NCBI GenBank assembly: GCA_019694895.1
Contig: JAIBBA010000003.1
Coordinates: 2,313 to 66,312, forward strand
DNA from: Chitinophagales bacterium
GTDB taxonomy: Bacteria > Bacteroidota > Bacteroidia > Chitinophagales > BACL12
Length of the DNA: 64,000 nucleotides
Direction: 5' to 3'
The position numbers were made by a program, and so were the translations under genes. Below the pieces are notes generated by a model, which saw only the letters and a list, made by a program, of their open reading frames with translations, was not told the origin of the DNA and did no database searches. Numbering within the stretch: position 1 is the stretch's first letter; each line of letters begins with the position of its first letter. Shown piece by piece: positions 46,801-54,519 of the stretch.

Positions 46801-46956
46801 GTGCGACATAAATTTGCAATTGCCTCAGACCAAGTTGACATAGTTAAAGCACAGATCCGCGACACGTATGCGCGCATAAAAAACCTAGAATTCACAACAG
46901 GCTGTGGCGACGACGATTGCGATTGGTGTAATTTTGTAAGAAATCTTGAGCAATAA
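43843..46956 (+). CDS. UvrD/PcrA-type superfamily-1 helicase fused to a C-terminal PD-(D/E)XK (Cas4/AddB-like) nuclease with a Cys cluster
   Basis: Walker A AGPGTGKTQ, motif II LVDEFQDTN, motif III VGDDDQSIYEFQGA, motif V TTHSSKGLEFEYVFL, motif VI VAMTRAK. Nuclease region: YLDCPLRYYF, FDKIEF...VVDYKTG, QIMFY and terminal CGDDDCDWC. Confidence 0.88.
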   Translation: MNTMESTARQDKSFAEAYAQLNDAQRKAVDHIEGPVLVVAGPGTGKTQILAVRIGKILAETDAMPENILCLTYTDAGTVAMRKRLLDFIGADAHRVHIHTFHAFCNDVIQAHLDYFGKRELEPITDLENVMILESILEELPTGHLLKKLKGDLSYEVARLNNLFRMMKEEDWDEKRISDNIDVYLADLPNRTEYTYQRVNNKTGVKVGDPKVSKIAEEQERMEKLRAAAQLFPKYQARMKEAGRYDYSDMILWVVRAFRDPSAVGENMLRNYQERYLYILVDEFQDTNGAQNEILQLLISFWEVPNVFAVGDDDQSIYEFQGARVKNILDFYTAYQEHVEVIVLTDNYRSHQAVLNAARVVIEQNQERLINKIEGLTKQLTASHPSRQKIDEPKVIEYENPTQEHAGILREVETLLKQGVNPEEIAILYHRHKHADDLITACEKRGIPYQVRKKINILEVPIVQQMLTMLRYLNEEAQSAHSAEHLLFEIMHYPFIGIHPHDVAALSAWISSRRDPEITWRTVMADPSKLGQIRLRAHESITNLEKNITHWIQETFNLTLQMLFEKVLNESGLMQYILKNNDRVFLLEAISTLFKHIKAEGMNRPRITIRNYMEVLDQMETHGIQLSIEKTIAQKGGVQFITTHSSKGLEFEYVFLLGCNASNWEKSRGDNRMFAMPDTLTMSGEENKVESLRRLFYVAMTRAKQHLYISYAAASNEGKVLEASQFVSELLAGENISVEKCNIDAETMMAYQLTSLSPTKEVHIDLFDKDFIASKVEHFVMSASALNTYLDCPLRYYFERIIGVPGAKNDSIAFGNAVHYALRKLFERMRADERQQFPPESVFISDFMHEMERNEDAFTEKQFNNRMELGNTLLSDYYQTHIHQFNKVVVTEYPIRNAEMEGIPITGVFDKIEFIGKDVNVVDYKTGAVKYAREKLLPPNEKNPDGGDYWRQIMFYKILLDSQRTKPWKMISGEVDFIEKDESGEFVRHKFAIASDQVDIVKAQIRDTYARIKNLEFTTGCGDDDCDWCNFVRNLEQ

Positions 46957-47046
46957 CTTTCTTCTTAGGCATAATTTATTATTGATTATTCGATGTAAAA
47001 TAATCAGTATATTTATTTCATAAATATTTCTTTAAAACATTTTGCA

Positions 47047-48009
47047 ATGCAGGCTGCGGTTTATACTTCTTATGGGGCTCCGGATGTTGTAACGGTTCGC
47101 GACATCCCCACACCACGACCCGGTGAAAAAGATGTATTAATCCGTGTGCATGCATCTACCGTAAACAGGACAGATTGTGGATTCAGAAGTGCCGAATATT
47201 TTATTTCCAGATTTTGGAGCGGCTTATTTAAACCAAAACGCCAGGTACTTGGGTGTGAATTTGCGGGCGTGGTAGATTCTGTTGGCAGCAGTGTGACTAT
47301 GTTTAAACCCGGCGACAAAGTATTCGGATTCAACGATCGCACATTTGGCGGGCATGCTGAATATATTTGTCAGCCCGAAAACAGTGCAATGGATATTATT
47401 CCCGAGCATTTAAATTTTGAGCAGGCGGCCGCACTTACAGAAGGCTCACATTATGCATTAAATGATATTTATGCGGCACATGTTAAAGCCGGCGATCATG
47501 TTTTAGTTTATGGTGCAACAGGCGCAATCGGATCCGCAGCGGTGCAGATACTAAAATATTTGAATGCACATGTTACCGCAGTTTGTGGAACGGCACATGT
47601 AGATCTGATTAAATCTTTAGGCGCTGATGTTGTTATCGATTATATGCAACAGGATTACACGCAACAAGGATTGACTTTTGATTTGGTTTTTGATGCCGTG
47701 GGAAAAACATCATTTGGCACATGTAAACCTGTATTAAACGAGCCGGGAATTTATATCAGCACTGAATTGGGAAAAAACGGTCAGAATGTGTGGTATTCCA
47801 TTTTCAATGCATTTACCGGAAATAAAAAAGTGCTTTTTCCGCTTCCCGTTTACGACAAAGAAATGATAAGTTTTATTCGCAAAATAGCCGATGAAAAACA
47901 TTTTACACCTGTTTTGGATAAGACTTATGCGTTGAAAGATATTCGTGAAGCATACGCGTATGTTGAAACCGGAACCAAGGTTGGCAACGTGATTATCCGC
48001 TGCATATAA
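47047..48009 (+). CDS. NAD(P)H-dependent medium-chain dehydrogenase/reductase (quinone-oxidoreductase-like)
   Basis: GroES-like N-terminal domain. Rossmann motif VYGATGAIGSAAVQILK. Length 320 aa. Confidence 0.85.
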   Translation: MQAAVYTSYGAPDVVTVRDIPTPRPGEKDVLIRVHASTVNRTDCGFRSAEYFISRFWSGLFKPKRQVLGCEFAGVVDSVGSSVTMFKPGDKVFGFNDRTFGGHAEYICQPENSAMDIIPEHLNFEQAAALTEGSHYALNDIYAAHVKAGDHVLVYGATGAIGSAAVQILKYLNAHVTAVCGTAHVDLIKSLGADVVIDYMQQDYTQQGLTFDLVFDAVGKTSFGTCKPVLNEPGIYISTELGKNGQNVWYSIFNAFTGNKKVLFPLPVYDKEMISFIRKIADEKHFTPVLDKTYALKDIREAYAYVETGTKVGNVIIRCI

Positions 48010-48063
48010 TATCGCTTTGCAAGCATGCATTGTGTACATTTGTGTGATTAATATTTCATTTTC

Positions 48064-48681
48064 ATGGCAAACAATTATTCAGCATTTACAGCACACCCCT
48101 GGCATGGTATTCACATTGGCGACAAAGCGCCTGAGGTGGTGAATGCATACATTGAAATTGTTCCAACCGATACGGTGAAGTATGAAATTGACAAGCCAAG
48201 TGGTTTTTTGAAAATCGACAGGCCCCAAAAATATTCGAATGTGTTGCCTTGTTTGTATGGCTTTGTTCCAAAAACATATTGCGGCCCCGGTATCGGAAAT
48301 TTTTGTTCACAACAAACCGGAAGAGCGGGAATTGTGGGCGACGGCGACCCCTTGGATATCTGTGTTTTTACTGAACGCAATATTCCGCATGGCAACATAA
48401 TCGTGCCGGCTAAGCTCATCGGTGGTTTCAGGATGATCGATGGCGGTCAGGCTGATGACAAGATCATTGCCGTTTTGCCTTTTGACGAGATTTACTCCAT
48501 GTGGGAATACATTCAACAAATGCCAAGCTCTTTGGTTGAAAGGCTGAGACACTATTTCCTTACCTACAAGGCCCTTCCTGGAGCTCCGAATAAGGCGGAG
48601 ATTACCCATTTATACGGTCGGGAAGAAGCTATAAGGATTCTTGAGCTTGCCCGAAAGGATTATGCCGAATTGATAAAATAG
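48064..48681 (+). CDS. ppa: Inorganic pyrophosphatase, family I
   Basis: HPWHGI, VNAYIEIVPTDTVKYEIDK, YGFVPKT and GDGDPLDICV are characteristic blocks. Confidence 0.92.
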   Translation: MANNYSAFTAHPWHGIHIGDKAPEVVNAYIEIVPTDTVKYEIDKPSGFLKIDRPQKYSNVLPCLYGFVPKTYCGPGIGNFCSQQTGRAGIVGDGDPLDICVFTERNIPHGNIIVPAKLIGGFRMIDGGQADDKIIAVLPFDEIYSMWEYIQQMPSSLVERLRHYFLTYKALPGAPNKAEITHLYGREEAIRILELARKDYAELIK

Positions 48682-48843
48682 TGCTTACGCCATAGGCATA
48701 TTTTTAGCACCACTTCTATGCACTTAAGCAGCTCTCGACTGCGCGTTTTTTCTTTTTTATGCCGATGGTGACCGGTATTTCCTTTTGTAATCGAAGGGTT
48801 GTGTAATTTCGTGACGTTGAGTTAACCATAATCAGATAATATC

Positions 48844-50649
48844 ATGGGTGAGAAAGCGAGTTTATATGCGCCGCTATTGGTCGAAACGGCTTGGGAAGTA
48901 TGTAATCAGGTAGGTGGAATTTATACTGTTGTGCGGAGTAAGGCTCCTGCAATAGTAGACAAGTGGTCGGGAAACTATTGTATGATAGGACCACTGCTTA
49001 ATGCCAAGCTTCCTGCCGAATTTGAAGAGGTATTCTCATACGACGATGTTTTTGTCGAAGCGGTAACGGCAATGCGTAACAAAGGATATGAAGTACATTA
49101 TGGTCGCTGGCTAACAGATGGAAAACCGAAAGTGATATTGATGTCGCCCATGCAAGTGTACGACAAAATGAAAGACATTCGCACCGATTTATTGCGCGAC
49201 CACAAAATCAACATTTTTAATCCGGATGATTTGTTACAACAGGTCATCGCCTTCGGGTATGTGGTTGCTCAATTCTTCAGCACATTAGAAGCAACGGCAA
49301 AAGGTCGCCCCGTAATTGCGCATTTTCATGAGTGGATGACCGGTATGCCGATAGGACATATTCGCAAAGAAGGGTTAAAAGTAAAAACGGTATTTACAAC
49401 ACATGCAACTTTATTGGGAAGATATATTGCGGGTAATGATGAACAATTTTATCGGCATTTGAGCAATTACGACTGGTTGCAGATGGCACAAAAATTCTAT
49501 ATCGAACCACAAACGCGATTAGAAAGAATGGCTGCCGCAGATTGTGATGTGTTTACTACAGTAAGCGATATCACCGGAAAAGAATGTGAATTTTTATTGG
49601 GACGAAAACCGGATATGATTTTACCGAATGGTATCAGCTTAACACGATTTCTTGCAACACATGAATTACAAAATTTGCATGGTCAATTCCGAGATAAGAT
49701 TGATGAATTTGTGATGTCGCACTTTTTCCATTCTTACACCTTCGATCTCAATCAAACGATATATTTCTTCACCTCGGGAAGATATGAATATCACAACAAA
49801 GGATATGATTTAACATTAGAAGCGCTGCGCAGATTAAATGAGCGCATGAAAAAAGAAAATGCGCAGAAAACGGTTGTGATGTTTTTTATTACCAAACGTC
49901 CCTTCGAAACAATTAACCCGCTTGTGCTGCACGCCCGCGCCGCAATGGACGATATCCGCAGCACTTGTGAAGAGATGTTGAAACAAGTGAAAGATAAATT
50001 ATTTCACGCCGCCGCTACCAATGTAGATCCAAACGTTCCGGATCTGAATGAATTTATCGATGATTATTGGAAATTCAGATATCGAAAACAAATTCAAGGA
50101 TGGAAGAGCGATTTCTGGCCTATTGTTGTAACACATAATTTAAAGGACGATGGTGGTGATGAGATATTAAATTACTTGCGTAGCAATGACCTCATCAACA
50201 AACCAACCGACAAAGTGAAAATGGTTTATCATCCGGATTTTGTTGCTCCTACATCGCCGTTATTTGGAATGGATTATCCGCAATTTGTTCGCGGTTGTCA
50301 TTTGGGATTATTTCCAAGCTATTATGAACCATGGGGGTATACACCATTGGAATGTGTTGCGCGTGGGGTTCCGGCTGTTACCAGCGATTTAAGTGGATTT
50401 GGAAATTACTGTCAATCAAAATTCCGCAACCTCGATGAACGCGGGATCTATATCGTACGCAGAAAAACAAAAACCTTTGATGAAAGTGCTGATGAGTTGT
50501 GCGATATCATGTTTAACTATACACAACTCGCCCGTCGCGACAGAATTATTTTAAGAAACACGGTAGAAAGTTATGCCGAACATTTCGACTGGAGTAATCT
50601 CGCAGCTAATTACGAGAAGGCATACCAGATGGTGTTGCAACAGGAGTGA
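48844..50649 (+). CDS. Glycogen synthase, GT3 (eukaryote-like) family
   Basis: N-terminus LVETAWEVCNQVGGIYTVVRSKAP, then HFHEWMTG and C-terminal SYYEPWGYTPLECVARGVPAVTSDLSGFG. These are hallmark GT3 glycogen synthase blocks. Confidence 0.85.
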   Translation: MGEKASLYAPLLVETAWEVCNQVGGIYTVVRSKAPAIVDKWSGNYCMIGPLLNAKLPAEFEEVFSYDDVFVEAVTAMRNKGYEVHYGRWLTDGKPKVILMSPMQVYDKMKDIRTDLLRDHKINIFNPDDLLQQVIAFGYVVAQFFSTLEATAKGRPVIAHFHEWMTGMPIGHIRKEGLKVKTVFTTHATLLGRYIAGNDEQFYRHLSNYDWLQMAQKFYIEPQTRLERMAAADCDVFTTVSDITGKECEFLLGRKPDMILPNGISLTRFLATHELQNLHGQFRDKIDEFVMSHFFHSYTFDLNQTIYFFTSGRYEYHNKGYDLTLEALRRLNERMKKENAQKTVVMFFITKRPFETINPLVLHARAAMDDIRSTCEEMLKQVKDKLFHAAATNVDPNVPDLNEFIDDYWKFRYRKQIQGWKSDFWPIVVTHNLKDDGGDEILNYLRSNDLINKPTDKVKMVYHPDFVAPTSPLFGMDYPQFVRGCHLGLFPSYYEPWGYTPLECVARGVPAVTSDLSGFGNYCQSKFRNLDERGIYIVRRKTKTFDESADELCDIMFNYTQLARRDRIILRNTVESYAEHFDWSNLAANYEKAYQMVLQQE

Positions 50650-50673
50650 GGGAATGTGAGAATTAGCAAGTTT

Positions 50674-50973
50674 GAGAATTAGCAAATTAGCAAGTGTGGA
50701 GTGCTTTTAACGCTGGCGCGTTAATAGGGAATGCAATGATATTGCTTTGCAATATTTTAATTCCGAAGCGCAATCAGCTCCCTCTCCATCTCCTACCGTC
50801 GATAGAGAGGGCGGGGGGTGAGGCGAGAATTAGCAAATTAGCAAGTGGTGGTGCTTTTAACGCTGGCGCGTTAATAGGGAATGCAATTCAATTGCTAAAT
50901 AAAATTTAATTCTGAAACGCAATTAGCTCCCTCTCTATCGACGGTAGGAGATGGAGAGGGCGGGGGGTGAGGC
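50674..50973. repeat. Two tandem ~150-bp direct repeats (50674-50824 and 50825-50973), with a partial extra copy of the unit start at 50658-50670
   Basis: Both units start GAGAATTAGCAAATTAGCAAGTG, share GTGCTTTTAACGCTGGCGCGTTAATAGGGAATGCAAT and end GAGAGGGCGGGGGGTGAGGC. I aligned them by eye. The internal 18-nt loop is inverted between the units. Confidence 0.9.
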
Positions 50974-50984
50974 GGGGCCGGGGG
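50958..50984 (+). other. G-quadruplex-type G-run motif
   Basis: GGGcGGGGGGtgaggcGGGGccGGGGG. It has four or more runs of at least 3 G with short loops, which is atypical for this moderately AT-rich sequence. Confidence 0.6.
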
Positions 50985-51031
50985 TGAGGCGGTTTCGCGC
51001 AAAGTCGCAAAGAGACTAAGGTGCAAAAGTC

Positions 51032-51060
51032 TAGATACTAGATACTTGATTCTAGATACT
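51032..51060. repeat. Three copies of the octamer TAGATACT
   Basis: Copies at 51032-51039, 51039-51046 and 51053-51060, within TCTAGATACTAGATACTTGATTCTAGATACT. Confidence 0.85.
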
Positions 51061-51144
51061 AAAAGAGAGTTAGCATGTGTTCAAAGGATTCATTTTCGCA
51101 AAGTCGAGTCAAGATTACCACCCGCCTACTCGGCGCGGTAAACT

Positions 51145-51168
51145 CACCCACTGACCCACTCACCCACT
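51145..51168. repeat. Three tandem 8-mers (C/G)ACCCACT
   Basis: CACCCACT GACCCACT CACCCACT at 51145-51168. Confidence 0.9.
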
Positions 51169-51194
51169 CTCTCCTTTTTCCTCTCTCCTTTTTC
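51167..51194. repeat. Perfect tandem duplication of a 14-mer
   Basis: CTCTCTCCTTTTTC occurs at 51167-51180 and again at 51181-51194. Confidence 0.9.
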
Positions 51195-51198
51195 CTAT

Positions 51199-51234
51199 AA
51201 AAAAAACCCGCCTTCAAACGAAGACGGGTTTTTT
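51199..51234. terminator. Bidirectional intrinsic terminator
   Basis: A-run 51199-51206. Stem CCCGCCTTC (51207-51215) / GAAGACGGG (51220-51228) with 8 of 9 pairs and loop AAAC. T-run 51229-51234. It lies 19 nt downstream of the minus-strand gene ending at 51253. Confidence 0.75.
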
Positions 51235-51252
51235 ATTTCGTTTTGCTAATTA

Positions 51253-52017
51253 TTAGAGCTTCACGATGTTACCTGAAGTAACGCTTGAACCGGCAACAAC
51301 ATGGTAAACATAGTTACCTGCAGGAAGGTTGCTCATATCTAAAGAATATGAGTGGTTACCTGCTGATTGAGTACCATTGTTAACAGTCAATACTTCTTGA
51401 CCCATCAGGTTGTAAACACCGATAGTTACATCAGATGCTTCGCTGAGGTTGAAGTTGATGTTAGTGTTGGTTACAGTTGGGTTAGGTGAAACTGAAAGAC
51501 CGCTGATAGCATTGAAATCTTCAACGCTTAATACAACAGGATCAGAACCGTCGCAACGGTAGCAAGCATCCCAGCAGAACAAATACATAATGTCGGCATC
51601 AGGAATAACCAATGTACGGTTAACGTTACCTGCGCCATCATCAACACCGCAACCGTCAGCACCAATAGTGTTGCCTGCGTCAGTTCCTTCGTTAGTACCC
51701 CAGTCGTTGTTCACGAATTTGTAGTACTGAGTAAGGCCAACTGAAGCTGTTGGATAAGTTACAGTGATACCCCATACGTTACCACCCATGTCAACCAATG
51801 CACATGTTGGATCTGAAGGAGTCCATACTGCCATAGCTGCAGCACCGTTCATACCTGCAGTAGCGCCGAAGTCACCGCCAACACGAATACCGTTGGCACC
51901 CAATACGTTACCTGCTGCCAGGTAGTTTGTAATGTCAACCATGTAGGTCACGTTTACTTGTGCTGTAAGAGCACCGGTGATCAACAGAGCAGTGAAAAAA
52001 GCGTAAATTTTTTTCAT
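51253..52017 (-). CDS. Small secreted T9SS cargo protein with a beta-sandwich (carbohydrate-binding-module-like) N-domain
   Basis: Signal peptide MKKIYAFFTALLITGALTAQ. YYKFVNNDWGTNEG-type block. C-terminal sorting domain SPNPTVTNTNINF...GNYVYHVV...IVKL. Confidence 0.7.
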   Translation of the reverse strand: MKKIYAFFTALLITGALTAQVNVTYMVDITNYLAAGNVLGANGIRVGGDFGATAGMNGAAAMAVWTPSDPTCALVDMGGNVWGITVTYPTASVGLTQYYKFVNNDWGTNEGTDAGNTIGADGCGVDDGAGNVNRTLVIPDADIMYLFCWDACYRCDGSDPVVLSVEDFNAISGLSVSPNPTVTNTNINFNLSEASDVTIGVYNLMGQEVLTVNNGTQSAGNHSYSLDMSNLPAGNYVYHVVAGSSVTSGNIVKL

Positions 52018-52136
52018 AAGATCGTTGTTTGTTTTACTTTAAGAAATGAATTTGTCAGGATAAAGGTACTGCTTTTTATTGCATTTGAAGCCAAATTTTT
52101 AACATGAAAATGACCGTTGATTAATATGTTAAACAC

Positions 52137-53366
52137 TTAACGCCGGTTGGTGATATTTATCAATTCAAACGCTGAATTTTTTCCCAATTCTGCCCCATAT
52201 GTTACTGCCGGAACAAAATGAATTCCGCCGTAAACGCGGCTCTGAGATGCCTCAGAAGCAGCATCCTCAAAGGATTTGAACCCTCTTGCCGGCAGGCCGA
52301 ATGTGGTTTCAGTTGCGTCTGTAAATGCAAAATTGTCGCCAAATAATGAAGTAAGGATTGTTGCAGCGGCGGCGGAAACTGCGCTATGCCCACTCGGAAA
52401 TTCGGGGAAGGGTGGGGTTTGTAAATATGGCCTCCATTCCGAATCGATATATGTATTGATATATGTTTCAGGACGAATCAGTTGCGTTTCATATTTAATA
52501 TCCCAAACAGCAATCATGGCATCTGCCATTGCTATACTAACCAACATATACGCATTCATGGCGGCAGTCTCATCGGCACCTGTTGCCAGAAGCGCCATTC
52601 TGGTTATGTCTAACCAGTGTCCAGGCGGACTCACCTTTTTTTCAGCATATTGTAAATGTCCGTTCTGACGAAGAATAAATGGATTGTCATCCCAGAATAG
52701 TGCAATTTCCATTTGTTCTGAATCGAGAGACATTGTCAGTACATAAAGTTTTTGAGCCTCTTTTGCGATAACAGTGCTATCTAAAACAAACGCCGGAACA
52801 GGTAATATGCTTTTGTCGTACTTATAACAAAACGGCATGATTTCTCCCCAATGTGGATCTGTACCTTGAGCATAATCCGGCGGCGTGGGCACCCAGTTGA
52901 GCGAACCTTTTAATGGTGTATATCTGGTTGACGCAATGGCATTAGTGTAATTATCGGCATTAATCCAATCGGCCATGGAAGCATTAATTGTTTGCGCTTC
53001 CATAAAATATTGCGAGGTGATAATTTCACTCCCCAGACGCTTTTTGCATTTCTCCAATAGCATGCTGTCGGAATAAATAAATCGCTGTGCACATACATAC
53101 ATGGCCATGGCGGCAAGTGTGTCTGAAGGAGAAACTCCCGACGATAAAACCAATTTACTTCGTAAGGGTGTGGGCAGATCAGAATTTCCGGACATGCCGA
53201 TATTTCCGGCTATGGTTGTATAAGCATAAATGCGAGAAGCTGCAGGAGCTGAAAACACATCGTGCCGTATTACCGAAGTAATGTCGACAATCGCCTGATC
53301 GATCACAGACATTTGGGCTTGCATGCATTGGGTGAACAACAAGCATATTATTATCAGGTAGCGCAT
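52137..53366 (-). CDS. PAP2-superfamily protein of the vanadium-haloperoxidase / acid-phosphatase-related type, secreted
   Basis: PAP2 motifs K...LIRPE, PEFPSGHSA and SRVYGGIHF. The ATG at 53366 gives the signal peptide MRYLIIICLLFTQCMQAQ. Confidence 0.8.
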   Translation of the reverse strand: MRYLIIICLLFTQCMQAQMSVIDQAIVDITSVIRHDVFSAPAASRIYAYTTIAGNIGMSGNSDLPTPLRSKLVLSSGVSPSDTLAAMAMYVCAQRFIYSDSMLLEKCKKRLGSEIITSQYFMEAQTINASMADWINADNYTNAIASTRYTPLKGSLNWVPTPPDYAQGTDPHWGEIMPFCYKYDKSILPVPAFVLDSTVIAKEAQKLYVLTMSLDSEQMEIALFWDDNPFILRQNGHLQYAEKKVSPPGHWLDITRMALLATGADETAAMNAYMLVSIAMADAMIAVWDIKYETQLIRPETYINTYIDSEWRPYLQTPPFPEFPSGHSAVSAAAATILTSLFGDNFAFTDATETTFGLPARGFKSFEDAASEASQSRVYGGIHFVPAVTYGAELGKNSAFELINITNRR

Positions 53367-53564
53367 TTCATGGAGAAAGGTAAGCAATAGTTTGATGTGA
53401 TAAAAAGCTGCTGCAACAATTATACCTGAATTGCTGAAAACGTATCTCAATAATAATAATCAATCTTAATACTCTTTATGACTTCGAAAGCATACTTTAA
53501 CAACCCGCAAAATTGAAAGAAATTATTTTTGAACTGTACCTAATTTTCAAATCCACATACCCTA

Positions 53565-54497
53565 ATGATGAAAAATATTTTTTTTGCTTGCTGTTTTTTT
53601 CTGATGAACAGCCATATTACACATGCACAAATCACTACGGATATAACTCCGGTTCCGGGATTAATTAATTTTCAAAATCTGAGAGATTACTGCCTGAATG
53701 CAAGTGGTGATGAAGATTTTTTCACCATTCAAAGTCCAAATGGTGAAATATCACAGATAGCAACGAGGAAAAAAATCAACGGCAACTGGAGTTCACCTGA
53801 ATTGATGCCTTTCTGCGATGCTTTTATGTATTTGGAGCCATTTCTTACTACTAATGGGCTGACTTTGTATTTTGTATCCGACCGCCCTTTAAACGATGGC
53901 GACACCATTAAAAAAGATTTTGACATCTGGATGGTGAAGCGCGCGGCAATTACGGCTGCCTGGTCGAAACCCGTGAATCTGGGCACTCCGGTTAATTCGA
54001 CAAACGATGAGTTTTATCCAAGCCTGACCACCTCCGGCGATTTATATTTTACGATGGCAGCACCAGAAGGAATGGGCAAGGATGATATTTATATGTGTAA
54101 AATGACATCAACAGGCTATGAAAAACCAACAATATTACCATCGCCAATAAACAGTGCGGGTTACGAATTCAATGCATTTATTTCACCCGACGGCAACATC
54201 CTGATTTATACGAAGTATAATGCTCCGGGCGGATTTGGCAGTGGCGATTTATACATTGCAAAAAAAGACAATGGCGGAAATTGGCAGGAACCACAAAATA
54301 TGGGCACGGATCTCAACTCCATGTACATGGAATATTGTCCTTTTTATCACTACCCAACCGCTACGCTATACTATACAAGTCGCCGATGTAATCTGACACC
54401 AAAAACCTTTAATGATGTCAACGAATTGCAGCAATATATCAGCGGCAATGAAAATGGGAATAGTCGGTTATACTATCGGAAAATGAAAATAGAATAG
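53565..54497 (+). CDS. Secreted PD40 (TolB-like WD40-like) beta-propeller repeat protein
   Basis: Signal peptide. Repeated E-F/Y-x-P/A-x-I/L-S/T-x-D/S-G-x-x-L/I-Y-F/T blocks: EPFLTTNGLTLYFVSDR, EFYPSLTTSGDLYFT, EFNAFISPDGNILIYT. Confidence 0.65.
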   Translation: MMKNIFFACCFFLMNSHITHAQITTDITPVPGLINFQNLRDYCLNASGDEDFFTIQSPNGEISQIATRKKINGNWSSPELMPFCDAFMYLEPFLTTNGLTLYFVSDRPLNDGDTIKKDFDIWMVKRAAITAAWSKPVNLGTPVNSTNDEFYPSLTTSGDLYFTMAAPEGMGKDDIYMCKMTSTGYEKPTILPSPINSAGYEFNAFISPDGNILIYTKYNAPGGFGSGDLYIAKKDNGGNWQEPQNMGTDLNSMYMEYCPFYHYPTATLYYTSRRCNLTPKTFNDVNELQQYISGNENGNSRLYYRKMKIE

Positions 54498-54519
54498 GGA
54501 TTAAACCATCTCGTCAAAA

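Noticed and set aside
50780-50960. Recombinase-driven invertible promoter (phase-variation switch)
   Set aside because: The inverted segment is only 18 nt between 7-bp arms, far smaller than known invertase substrates. No tyrosine or serine recombinase gene is nearby, and the segment contains no promoter-like boxes. A replication template-switch origin is more plausible.
50674-50973. Possible CRISPR array or protein-coding repeat (ORF 50694-50909, 71 aa)
   Set aside because: There are only two units of about 150 bp in direct tandem, with no short repeat/spacer alternation and no cas genes in the window. The 71-aa ORF simply reads through the repeat (AFNAGALIGNA occurs twice), has no start context and ends within the second unit, so it is a repeat artefact.
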